In this document: piece by piece, positions 12,061 to 22,214 of the stretch
How positions within the stretch are numbered: the stretch's first letter is position 1
Layout: every line of letters starts with the position of its first letter
Source of the DNA: Naegleria gruberi
Lineage: Eukaryota
NCBI GenBank assembly: GCA_000004985.1
Contig: GG738850.1
DNA: 64,000 nt
Reading direction: 5' to 3' (one strand)
Program-made: the position numbers and the translations under genes
Notes under the pieces: generated by a model
Databases searched by the model: none
Seen by the model: only the letters and a program-made list of their open reading frames with translations
Told to the model about the DNA's origin: nothing

Positions 12061-13941
12061 TTACTTATCCTTTAATTTCTTTTGGTACAAAACATTGGAT
12101 GTCTCATCCAATGTTTCGTGTTGGTCTCGTTTTCTTTTTACATTTTCTGAATCTTCTTCAATGTTATTTACATCTTGATTGGAAATATTGTTAGTGTTGA
12201 TTGTGTAGTTTGGTGGTATTGCCAAGTAAGGGAATTGATTTGTGTAAAAATAATATTGTGGTATCATTTGTGGTGGATATGTAATAAAAGATGCTTGTGT
12301 TGTGTCTATTGAGCTATTACCTTGATTTGTAAGTGTGTTTGTTAACACACCTGATGGATTTGGTTGAGTAGTTGTGTATATTTGTTGTGATGGTTGTGTC
12401 AAGGCCCACTGAGCATACGGAAAAACAGTTGGGAATGTTGTAGCATTGGAAGTGGTAGTGTTTTGTGAAGTATTATAAATACCAGTTGTAATATTACTAG
12501 AAGTGGTTGAGGTAAGTGCATTTGGTGGAATGGCCATAGCAACCATTCCATTTGGTAAAACAGTTGTTATAGAAGAAGGTGGTGTAGATGTGTGAAGTTG
12601 ATGATGTGGGGAAAGTGTTGGTGTGTTTAAATTAAGTTGATTGAGTTGATGGTGTAGTGGAGATGGTGGTGCTGATGTATTATTTCCCATTATCATCATT
12701 AACTTGTTTTTGGAATATCCAATAGGTGATTTTGAAGGGCTTACTTTGATTTGTTTGACACTTCCTGCAATTGTACATCCACTTAATCTTAAAGCTCTCA
12801 AAGTACTTTGCTTATCTTCGAATTCAATAAAACAAAATCTTGTTTCGTATGATTCTGTATCTCCAGCCATAGCAATTCTGTGAATGGCTCCACATAATTC
12901 TTCAAAAAATGCTTTAACATGATCTTGTGATAGTTTTACGTCAATGCCACCCACATGAATTGTCCTCTCGACTAGGTCTCTATATTGTTTATCAATTAGT
13001 GACTTCTTAGGTGGTGTTTGAATGGCAGTTTTTGAGTGAGATACCTTGAGTTTAGATTTTCCCCAAAGTGAACCATTAACCATTATAGCCTTAAGTGACT
13101 GTTCAGTTGTGGCATATTCAATGAAAGCAAACTTGGTTTGTAGTTGTGTGTTAGAATTAGATGATTGTTGGTCATTATTACACAGTCTATAGTTAGTAAT
13201 ATCGCCATATACACTAAAGTAATCCAATAATTCATCTTCAGAAAATGAACTATCAATCCCAGAAATGTGAATTGTTCTACTTGCAGCAGAGTTAGCATCT
13301 ACAATGCTACTATTTGATATTGGAGAAAGTCCACCCAGATAAAGTGACGATGGGCTTGGTGGCAGATAATTGGGTGGGAGAGTGGAAGTTTCTGGTGATT
13401 CTACCTTCTTCTTTCTGATCGGATCTGTTTTCTTCTTGTTATTATTTTGAGGAGTAATTAGTGGGGGAAACACAACTGGCTTTTCAATAAGTGGAGTTAA
13501 ATTGCCATTATTACCATTGTTATTATTATTATTTGTGGAGGCAGAATTTTGTTTGCTATTAAAATCGTGTTTAGCCATAGAGATTTTCAAATTTTGTCCC
13601 ATAAACTCGGTACCATCTAAACTTAGGGATAATTTAGCTTGGTGATGATCTACAAATTCAACGAATGCAAACCTCTTAGCATAGGAAGGATCACCAGCTA
13701 ATTTAATATTTGTTACTTGACCATATTTTGAAAATAATAATTGAAGTGATTCTACGGTCGTATAACTAGAAATATTTCCAATATGTATTGTTCTTGATGT
13801 GTAATTATTTGATGATGATGATTGATTATTCGATTGGTGATGATTCTTTCTCGTGTGACTGCTGGAATTAAAAGATTTGTTATGATTCATTTTTTTGTGT
13901 AATTTCCCGCCAACAATTTCTTGAATTCTTTTACTGGGCAT
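12061..13941 (-). CDS. RNA-binding protein with three RRM domains and an N/Q/T/P-rich C-terminal low-complexity tail
   Basis: Three RRMs each begin RTIH(I/V)G(N/G)I with RNP1-like F(A/C)F(V/I)E(F/Y) (KRFAFVEF, TKFAFIEY, TRFCFIEF). 626 aa. Convergent with NIC96; the two stops are only 12 bp apart. Confidence 0.8.
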   Translation of the reverse strand: MPSKRIQEIVGGKLHKKMNHNKSFNSSSHTRKNHHQSNNQSSSSNNYTSRTIHIGNISSYTTVESLQLLFSKYGQVTNIKLAGDPSYAKRFAFVEFVDHHQAKLSLSLDGTEFMGQNLKISMAKHDFNSKQNSASTNNNNNNGNNGNLTPLIEKPVVFPPLITPQNNNKKKTDPIRKKKVESPETSTLPPNYLPPSPSSLYLGGLSPISNSSIVDANSAASRTIHISGIDSSFSEDELLDYFSVYGDITNYRLCNNDQQSSNSNTQLQTKFAFIEYATTEQSLKAIMVNGSLWGKSKLKVSHSKTAIQTPPKKSLIDKQYRDLVERTIHVGGIDVKLSQDHVKAFFEELCGAIHRIAMAGDTESYETRFCFIEFEDKQSTLRALRLSGCTIAGSVKQIKVSPSKSPIGYSKNKLMMIMGNNTSAPPSPLHHQLNQLNLNTPTLSPHHQLHTSTPPSSITTVLPNGMVAMAIPPNALTSTTSSNITTGIYNTSQNTTTSNATTFPTVFPYAQWALTQPSQQIYTTTQPNPSGVLTNTLTNQGNSSIDTTQASFITYPPQMIPQYYFYTNQFPYLAIPPNYTINTNNISNQDVNNIEEDSENVKRKRDQHETLDETSNVLYQKKLKDK

Positions 13942-14358
13942 TAATTGTTATCCGATTTCTTCATGTCATTTGTGACCGTACTAATCATCTTAAAGCAACT
14001 CTTTTCAATCAAATTTGATGCCTTGCATTGATTGTCGTCGATAAATTGGCAAAGTTCATTTGTAAACTGAAATCCATTTGAAAATTTGTAAAAGGTGAAC
14101 TCTTCTCAACACAAATTGTTCCCAATCTATGCATAATCAAAAAAGAACTCAATATTACGTAGCTGATCCTTATATATCACTGGAACAACTGTTCTTTGTT
14201 CTTGTGTGAATTATGGAATCAAAAATTCAAAACTTTATTTCTTGATATAATAATTTAAAAATGTAGGTACATGAGATAAAGTGATTCTCTCTGAGATGAA
14301 TCGAATAACATCATATTGATGAATAATACAATTTCCAGTAAATACAGAATATTAAAAA

Positions 14359-14772
14359 ATGAAAAATGAAAAACTCAAATCGTCATCGGATCAACAAGTT
14401 TTTAATTTATCAAAAATTGATTTAAATAACAAGGAATTGATTAAAGCTCTGGAGAGATTACCAACTACAGAACAATTCATGACAAATGTAAAGCAAAATA
14501 ATATTGAATTTATAATTCCGGATTTGAGAAGTATTCATAATGTGGTGAAGGAATTATTGCCCAAACCAAACAAGGGATTGTGGGAACCACAGTTTAATTT
14601 GGATCCATTCATATTGTCCTATATGGCTTTGTTATATCAGAATAGGGATAAGAAGAATCAACAAGAAAAGGATCAACAATCTGGTAAACAAGAAGAAGGA
14701 AACAATGTAGAGGCTAAGCCTTCGGAGGACAAGAAGGAAGATACTACACCACAGAGAATTTCAAAGTTGTAG
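14359..14772 (+). CDS. Hypothetical small protein (137 aa)
   Basis: Clean ORF with a basic/acidic C-terminal tail; no recognisable domain. Confidence 0.35.
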   Translation: MKNEKLKSSSDQQVFNLSKIDLNNKELIKALERLPTTEQFMTNVKQNNIEFIIPDLRSIHNVVKELLPKPNKGLWEPQFNLDPFILSYMALLYQNRDKKNQQEKDQQSGKQEEGNNVEAKPSEDKKEDTTPQRISKL

Positions 14773-15013
14773 AATAATAGGCTTTTAGGAACTATTCTAC
14801 AATTTGAAACAAGAATAGCATTGGTGTAATTAATTACATCAATTAATTGGAAGAGAAATTAGGTTGCATCAGAATATTTAACTGTTCGAAAAACTAGAAT
14901 ATCATGAGAGTGCTCCAATAATATTAGTGCAAATTCACATCAAATAATCATCACGATTATTTAATTGTTTAATAACAAATTCACTTTATATTATTTATTA
15001 AATAAATAAAAAA

Positions 15014-16397
15014 ATGTCATCAGAAACAAAAGTTGTATCGGATACATCAGTGCCACTCTATCAGGTCGATGATACCAATAAATTGCAATGCTCTACACCA
15101 ACATCATCAACTATTCACTTGTTCACCAAGTCAATATTAACATCAAATAAGCAACAAATAATTGGTGATTTAAATAGTGAAAGTACTACTCAACAACATC
15201 CTATTGAACCTGGTAATATTCATTGTAGTAGATTAGCTTCCGATTTAAATCAAGCCTCCACAGTATACTTTATTAACAAATCTAAATTATTCAAAATTAA
15301 ATATGAATTACCTAGTAGTGAAGTAAATGTATGGAAACCAACCAAGAATGCTAAATTACCTTATCCTTTACTTATTTCCGATATTGATGTTACTAAAATT
15401 TATCAATCCACATTAGATGTTAATTTCCAAGGTATTGAAATCGATAAGAATAGAATTGGTTTAACTGATGATATGGGAAATATTTATATTTTAAATAACA
15501 CATTTTCTACTAGTAATAATGAGGAAGATGATGAGGAAACTGATAACAGTTCAAAGAAGAGAAAAGTTGACGAAAAGAGTACTATTCAATGTGTTTACAA
15601 TAATATTGATACAATTAAATATCATGTTAAAGGTCACACTTCACTTAAATTCCATCCAACTAATGAAGCTGTTATTATTAAGAGTACTTTTGAAACTAAG
15701 AACGTTTCTATTTTTGATATCAATAACCAAAAGAGCATATTTTCTGTTAACACAATGCAAAATCCAACCAAATTGCATACCTTTGAAATTCCACAATCAA
15801 ATAATACATTATTAGCAATTGGAGAATATAACAATGTTTCAATTTGGGATTTCAGAACAAACAAACCAGTTAATAGACTGACTAGAACTAGAGGAATTGT
15901 TTATGATATGGATATTACAACCAATGTTAAATGTGGTAAAAATAATTCTAATGCCTTATTGGGTGTTATTGGAAGTGACAGAACTGTCTACATGTATGAC
16001 ACTATGAAATGGTCTCCAATTCACAAGTGGCAAAATTGTTTGAAATATGCTGTAAGTAGACAATCTTTTGAAAGATTCTTTAATCAATGTATTATTATAG
16101 CCATCTTACTTATCCTTCTCAAATATTAATAAGGAATTGTGCTACGTTGCTGGTTTTGATAATAGTGAATTCAAATGTGGTAATTTCGTTGATCAAAAAC
16201 AACAAAGAAAGGGTAGAGGTCATGGTCTCTATGCTGACAATAGATGGATTGGTATGACTAAACCGAATGCGCAAGATACTATCGTTGGTATTAGTATGAA
16301 TGGTTCTTTATATGTTATTGAACATCCACACCGAATGGCTCCAAACTTGAATGATTTAGTTCCTTCTACAGAAGCTCAAGATGTCATGGACGAATAA
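15014..16397 (+). CDS. Hypothetical protein with WD40-like repeats, 2 exons (15014..16051, 16134..16397), about 433 aa
   Basis: An ORF ending artificially inside a GTAAGT intron (16052..16133, 82 nt) continues in frame as ...KWQNCLKYA|ELCYVAGFDNSEFKCGNF.... WD-like strands include NVSIWDFRTNKPV and DRTVYMYDT. Contains the NLS-like DNSSKKRK cassette at 15544-15567. Confidence 0.6.
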
Positions 16398-16416
16398 ATC
16401 AAACTATTTATTTCTA

Positions 16417-16865
16417 TCAATCCAGCTTTTTCATTGATAAGTGGTTAAGCAATTCCTCAAAATACCTGGAAAGTTTTGAACACAACAAAGTTTCCGATAG
16501 TTCTTTTTCTTTGATAAAGCTCATCAATCTTTCAATTGTATCCAATGTATTGGTTATGTAAAAACCTATATCGTCAAAATAGTTCTCATGTGTTTCAAAG
16601 TTAGCATAAATTATCTCAAAATCTTCTAAATTAGAAAATAAATTAAAGATTTGTTTATATAATTCGCATGAATCACATCGGGTTTCCTTTTGCATTGTGT
16701 AGGCTTGCATCGTATGCAATATGAATAATTGTGCAATGTTATGAAAATCACTCGTTTAAGCAATAGTGTTTTGTCTTTGAAATCCTCTGCTAGCATTTTT
16801 CTATTATTAACAAGCACACAATTCCACCAATATTCAAATTTGGTGTTGCAGAGCAAACTGAACAA
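16417..16865 (-). CDS. Possible small gene (two overlapping ORFs, model unresolved)
   Basis: Minus-strand ORFs of 79 and 100 aa overlap in different frames; a short intron may join them but no consensus donor was found. Confidence 0.2.
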
Positions 16866-17023
16866 CCAGAATTATGAAGTGTAAGCCAGTAATAATATAT
16901 TGGAGTGAATACACAATATCATCTGTTGAAAGGCAATTTCATTAGACAGGGTGAGCTTGGGGTCATGCAAAGACTTTCCAATTCAGAAGAAAGTTGATAT
17001 TACTATTTATTTGTTTTGGTCTT

Positions 17024-17302
17024 CTATTTAAAATAATACATTGCAACTACCAAGAAAAACATACTAAGTAAGGTTACTTGTAATCTGTTATTTCCATCCA
17101 CAATTGCTTCTAATAACTTATCATTGCTTTCTAATAACTTATCATTGCTTTCTAATAACTTATCATTGCTTTCTAACAACTTGGCATTGCTTTCTAACAA
17201 TTTGGCATTGCCTTCTTCCATAGTTTCTTTAAGGCTTTGGATTTGGGCTCTAACTGAGTGGTTGGATGATCCTCCTGATGAACTGCTTGTGTAGCCTTCC
17301 AT
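17024..17302 (-). CDS. Tail-anchored coiled-coil mini-protein, paralog 1 (92 aa) with 5 KLLESN(A/D) heptads
   Basis: MEGYTSSSSGGSSNHSVRAQIQSLKETMEEGN + (AKLLESN)x5 + ...LLSMFFLVVAMYYFK. The single C-terminal TM segment ends 2 residues before the stop. Paralogous to 18815..19051 and 19416..19631, with conserved 5' and 3' flanks. Confidence 0.6.
   Translation of the reverse strand: MEGYTSSSSGGSSNHSVRAQIQSLKETMEEGNAKLLESNAKLLESNDKLLESNDKLLESNDKLLEAIVDGNNRLQVTLLSMFFLVVAMYYFK
17105..17215 (-). repeat. 21-bp tandem repeat x5 (cttatcattgctttctaataa / cttggcattgctttctaacaa) encoding KLLESN[DA] heptads
   Basis: Direct inspection of 17101-17220; unit length 21 = one heptad. The paralogs carry 2 copies and about 1 copy respectively. 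Confidence 0.8.
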
Positions 17303-18814
17303 TTTTTTAAATTAAATATTATTTAAAAATAGAGAAACGCTCAAAACTTACCTTCTTCTTAAACACAATAAACGATGAGGAGTTGTAATGAAAAACTTAC
17401 ATCTTCCGAAAACATATCACCATTAGCGTGAAATGCATCAAGGTGAGAAGAGGAGCCCATTGTTGCAGAAGTACTATCACTTCCAGTAGATGATGTATTT
17501 TGGTTGTTTTTTGTTGTTTTGTTGGGGAAGGTTGTTCCTCAATAACTCACATTTAAGCAAAAAAATTCCACATCTAATGAAACACATGATGAAGCATGGA
17601 TGTTCCAACGACGCTATTGAGCAACTTTACAAAATCCACATCCAATTAAAACATGTTGTTTGTCTTCCTTACAATCGCTGCGAGATCCCTTAATATAACG
17701 CATCTGGTATCCTCACTGTTTTCACTTATCAAAAACGATTTTACAAGTCATCCACATAATCAAGGCAATACAGCCAACCTTAAAGACTCGGGAGGAATGG
17801 TAGCATAAATAATACTGCTAATACAAAGAAATGCTCAATGATCCTATCATTGTGTAATGACACAAAAATATGAAACGCAAGACTTAAACCCAACATATTT
17901 AGCTATAGCTTCCTTTTAGTGCTTTAGAAACGCGGTTTGGACATTCTCGCTTTCATAGGTTTCTTAAGGACAAAACATTAAGCTGACACCTTGACAAGAC
18001 TTCTCTTTCTTGATGGTATTTTTTTTGGACTTTCTTTTAAATATTAATTTTTACAATAAATATTTGTATCCTTAATATCCTTGACAGGAGCCAAAGGGCA
18101 AATATTTTGAGATGATAAATTGCCATGCCATTAAATATTATTTAACTTCGAGCTTAAGGATTGTAGTTGTTATCTGTGCATAATAGGAGACCGAACACTG
18201 CTATTATTTTGATTTGAAGAATTATTAATATTAAAAAAAACCTCATCAGCTGATTGGAAAAAACCAATATTCTTTCTCATTAATAAGAATACTCACTCAA
18301 AAAATTCAAAGGGGAAACGATGTCATAAGAGTTATTTTTAGTTTTTAAACTTTGTTCATATTAAATACTCGGTGAAAACAAAAGGAAGAAAAGTAAGGCA
18401 AGCTAAATTACTGAATGTGAGTATTACATATCTTAGAGTTTTACCAAGTGTCGTTTTCCAAATTCTACCAAGTTTTACACCCACTCTTCTAAAATTTGAT
18501 TAAAGACTCAGGGAAAACGATTCAAGTGATGGATTATGGTATTTGTGAAACGTACCCTAACTTCCGATAAAAGTGAGCCAATTCTATTGAAGGAAAGATA
18601 AGATACACTTGAGTTTGATTCATGAGAAGCTTTTAAGAAGGTTGATGAGGTAAATGAAACTAGTTTTGTTTCCAACGCACACTATTTTAGCCCACTCACC
18701 AAAAGGTTGGTAATTTCACCGAAACTATGGTTTTCACTACAAACTATTTTTAAGGCAGAAATGTTATCTCTAAAGATTAGAAGAATATCTATATTTATTC
18801 ACTTTTTTGGCCTT

Positions 18815-19051
18815 CTATTTAAAATAATACATTGTAATCACCAAGGAAAACATACTAAGTAAGGCTGCTAGTACTCTGTTATTCCCATCCTTAATTGCTT
18901 CTAATAACTTATCATTGCTTTCTAACAACTTGGCATTGCCTTCTAACAACTTAGTATTGCCTTCTTCCATAGTTTCTTTAAGGCTTTGGATTTGGGCTCT
19001 AACTGAGTGGTTGGATGATCCTCCTGATGAACTGCTTGCACTGTCTACCAT
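18815..19051 (-). CDS. Tail-anchored coiled-coil mini-protein, paralog 2 (78 aa)
   Basis: MVDSASSSSGGSSNHSVRAQIQSLKETMEEGNTKLLEGNAKLLESNDKLLEAIKDGNNRVLAALLSMFSLVITMYYFK. About 85% identical to paralog 1 outside the repeat. Confidence 0.6.
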   Translation of the reverse strand: MVDSASSSSGGSSNHSVRAQIQSLKETMEEGNTKLLEGNAKLLESNDKLLEAIKDGNNRVLAALLSMFSLVITMYYFK

Positions 19052-19415
19052 TTTTTATTAACTATTGTTTAAAAATAGAGAAATGCTCAAAACTAACCTC
19101 GTGGTCTAGTCCACGCACCTTAAATTGTAATGTAGGCTTAATTATTCAGTAATATTAGGTTCATCCATTGAAATATAATATTGAATGCAGTGACAAACCA
19201 TTTGTTTCGCACACATAATTTGCTAATTAACCTGAACAGAAACCCATATCTTAATCTATTATTTGAATACCTGAAATTTGCTCCGTTGTGATAGAAAACA
19301 ATTCAACTGATCCCTTATAGTTTCAATTTTAAATAAATCATTAACGATTTTTTAGTAAGAAAGGTTAGAACAAAAATTGGAAGAATATATTTATTCAGTT
19401 TGTTGGTTTGGCCTT

Positions 19416-19631
19416 CTATTTGAAAAAATACATTGCAACCACCAAGGAAAACATACTAAGGAAGGTTACTTGTAATCTGTTATTTCCTTCCACAATTGCT
19501 TCTAATAACTTATCATTGCTTTCTAGCAACTTAGTATTGCCTTCTTTCATAGTTTCTTTAAGGCTTTGGATTTGGGTTCTAACTGAGTGGTTGGATGATC
19601 TTCTTGATGAACTGCTTGTGTAGCCTTCCAT
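19416..19631 (-). CDS. Tail-anchored coiled-coil mini-protein, paralog 3 (71 aa)
   Basis: MEGYTSSSSRRSSNHSVRTQIQSLKETMKEGNTKLLESNDKLLEAIVEGNNRLQVTFLSMFSLVVAMYFFK. The 3' flank ttggccttctattt(a/g)aaa(t/a)aatacattg is conserved in all three copies. Confidence 0.6.
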   Translation of the reverse strand: MEGYTSSSSRRSSNHSVRTQIQSLKETMKEGNTKLLESNDKLLEAIVEGNNRLQVTFLSMFSLVVAMYFFK

Positions 19632-20039
19632 TTTTTATTTTAAATTGCTGTTCGTGATGTTCAGCTTGTAACTTTACAACTTATTTTGCCAAATACTTAC
19701 AAGTAATATCGGAGTTAGAGAAGCTCAATCTTAACACTGTTTTAATACAATTAGTAATGAAGGAGCCAAATACTTTGAAATGAAACAATTTACAAAACTT
19801 TATATCTCCAATGATATTCCTTAATTGAACCAATTCTTTACAAGTGGATGATGTAAATCAATTTAATTAATACTTTATTGTAAACTAACACCACTAACCT
19901 TTTGTTAAATTTCCTCTCTATTTGGTTCGACAGTATCAACTTTTCGGACCTCAATCACTGACACAAATCGAAACTCTACTGCACACAACTAAATTATCCG
20001 CTCGAATGTTATTGATAGCAAGAAAAAAAAACTTTTCAC

Positions 20040-22055
20040 ATGAAAACCCTATTGTCGTTAGCAGGCAGACTAACAAGTCTCACCATGCTGTTATTCTTAT
20101 ATTGTTTACTTGTTGCTTTAAACAATTCGACAGTAGAAGCATCCATTGATCCACTCTATAAAATGTCAACATTTATTGGTGGTGGCACATCACCCATTAC
20201 AAATGGCATACTCACTACAAATGCTACACTCTCTAGACCTAGTGGTTTAGCTTTATACAGAGGAGAAGTCTATCTAGTAGATTCTGCAAGAATTCTAAAA
20301 GTTAACAATCATAACAATTCCCTTACTATTATTGCTGATGTAAATGCAATGTTGAATAATCCATTTGGTATTTGTTTGAATGATGAAGGTGAAATTTTTA
20401 TTGTTGAGCGAGCTTCACATGTGGTTCGTAAAATTTTGACAAATGGTACAATTATTGTATTTGCTGGAATTGTTAATCAACAAGGTTATTCTGGGGATGG
20501 TGGTTTGGCTGTAAATGCAGCTCTTAATTGGCCATATGATGTAGCATGTGATTTAAAGACTGGTGATGTTTACATTTCAGATAATGAGAATCAACTTATT
20601 CGAAAGGTGTTCAAAAATGGAACTATTACAACAATTGCTGGATCTAGATCTGGAGGCACAACACAAGATGGATCTTTAGCCACCCAAACTGTAATTAATC
20701 GACCAATGATGATGTCTCTGAGTTCGAATGGTAATCTCTACTTTACTTCAAATATTTGTACAATTCGAAAGATCAGTACGAATCAAACTATTTCAACAGT
20801 TGCTGGCGATGGTCAAAATAATAATTATCGTAAAAATGACATTCTAGCTACATTAGTAACTCTGGATGTACCATTTGGAGTCGATGAAGGTCCATTTGGT
20901 GAATTGTACATTGCAGAAACTTACCTTAGTGCTATTCGAAAGGTTTCTCCAAATGGAATAATTTCAAAAATTGCTGGAACTTTCCAATCAGGAGTTTCAC
21001 TGAATACCGTTTTAGATGCTTCCAAAGCTCAAATAACCGATCCATATGATGTCATAGTTGATCCTTCTACTGGAATAGTTTACTTTTCCGAATATTCATC
21101 AGATGTTAAACGAGTTGCTAAATTGGAGCCATACTGTACATTTCCTTTTGAATTAATTAATGGAACATGTACTTACTCATGTTATGGAATTGGATATGAT
21201 GATGCAAGAGTTTGTGCTGGGCATGGAATTTGCCTTTCGAATAATACATGTCAATGTGAATCAGGATGGAAAGGTAATAATCAATGTTCCTTACCTTCAT
21301 GTGAATTATTGAATAATTGTACTGGAAATGGAATGTGTATTTCAAATAATACTTGTGAATGTAATTCCAAATGGAAACATATTGATTGTTCCATTAGTAT
21401 TTGTATTCCATATTTGAATTTAAATAGTCAATTACAATGTTCTCAAGATTTAAATAGTCAATTATTAACATTTAATGAATTACAATCAAATATTAATTTA
21501 AATCCAATTAATTTAAATGAAAATCAACAAATTACTTTTATTTTAGGTAATAATTTTACAAATAATTTGGAAAATTCAAAATATTTTATTAGTTCATCAA
21601 TTTCTCAATCAAATTTACAATTTTATTCAAATGTTACAAATTTAGTTTTACAAAATTCAAATTCTACATTCATTCAACTCCAATTATCAAATTCAATTCA
21701 ATTCCATTTCAAAAATATCGACATTGAACTGTCATCTTTCAATTATACATGTTTAAGATATGACTATTTGTTAAATAGATGGACAAATGAATCAATTTCT
21801 ACAATAATAGATTTATCCGTGAATGAAATTACATGTTCAACTAATTATTTATCTACATCAATTGTTATTCAGAGATATAGAATTATTGAAGTAGTTCCAT
21901 CAAAGTCAAATGTCATCCCAAAGGTATCGAATAGTAATGGTGGAACTGTTGTTAATCCAAAAGAATCTAATAGAGGAATTATTAGTCATGCAATTAGACT
22001 TGTCGGTTCAACAACTTTGACTGTTGTAATAATGATGATATTTAACATTTTGTAA
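20040..22055 (+). CDS. Secreted, C-terminally membrane-anchored protein with NHL repeats followed by EGF-like cysteine modules (teneurin/tenascin-like architecture)
   Basis: Signal peptide MLLFLYCLLVALNNSTVEA. At least five NHL-type repeats (GxxGYSGDGGLAVNAALNWPYDVACD..GDVYISDNENQLIRKV etc.). EGF-like CxxHGICLSNNTCQCESGWKGNNQC / CTGNGMCISNNTCECNSKWKHIDC. Asn-rich stalk with many NxT/S sites. C-terminal hydrophobic LVGSTTLTVVIMMIFNIL. Confidence 0.75.
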   Translation: MKTLLSLAGRLTSLTMLLFLYCLLVALNNSTVEASIDPLYKMSTFIGGGTSPITNGILTTNATLSRPSGLALYRGEVYLVDSARILKVNNHNNSLTIIADVNAMLNNPFGICLNDEGEIFIVERASHVVRKILTNGTIIVFAGIVNQQGYSGDGGLAVNAALNWPYDVACDLKTGDVYISDNENQLIRKVFKNGTITTIAGSRSGGTTQDGSLATQTVINRPMMMSLSSNGNLYFTSNICTIRKISTNQTISTVAGDGQNNNYRKNDILATLVTLDVPFGVDEGPFGELYIAETYLSAIRKVSPNGIISKIAGTFQSGVSLNTVLDASKAQITDPYDVIVDPSTGIVYFSEYSSDVKRVAKLEPYCTFPFELINGTCTYSCYGIGYDDARVCAGHGICLSNNTCQCESGWKGNNQCSLPSCELLNNCTGNGMCISNNTCECNSKWKHIDCSISICIPYLNLNSQLQCSQDLNSQLLTFNELQSNINLNPINLNENQQITFILGNNFTNNLENSKYFISSSISQSNLQFYSNVTNLVLQNSNSTFIQLQLSNSIQFHFKNIDIELSSFNYTCLRYDYLLNRWTNESISTIIDLSVNEITCSTNYLSTSIVIQRYRIIEVVPSKSNVIPKVSNSNGGTVVNPKESNRGIISHAIRLVGSTTLTVVIMMIFNIL

Positions 22056-22214
22056 ATAAATCGAGCAAGGATTGTATAATACCTCGACTTCTTGTGATGA
22101 TCACCTTGAGATTACAACTCACGTTTGGAAACCAAATTGTTACAAAATCACGTTTCAGATTTCATTTAAATTCAACAATAGCATTCTACCTAACATTCAA
22201 AACACAATTAAAAA

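Noticed and set aside
17490-17693. 67-aa plus-strand ORF between tail-anchored paralogs 1 and 2
   Set aside because: Cys/His-rich low-complexity translation with no homology or paralogues; it overlaps the conserved upstream leader of paralog 1 on the other strand.
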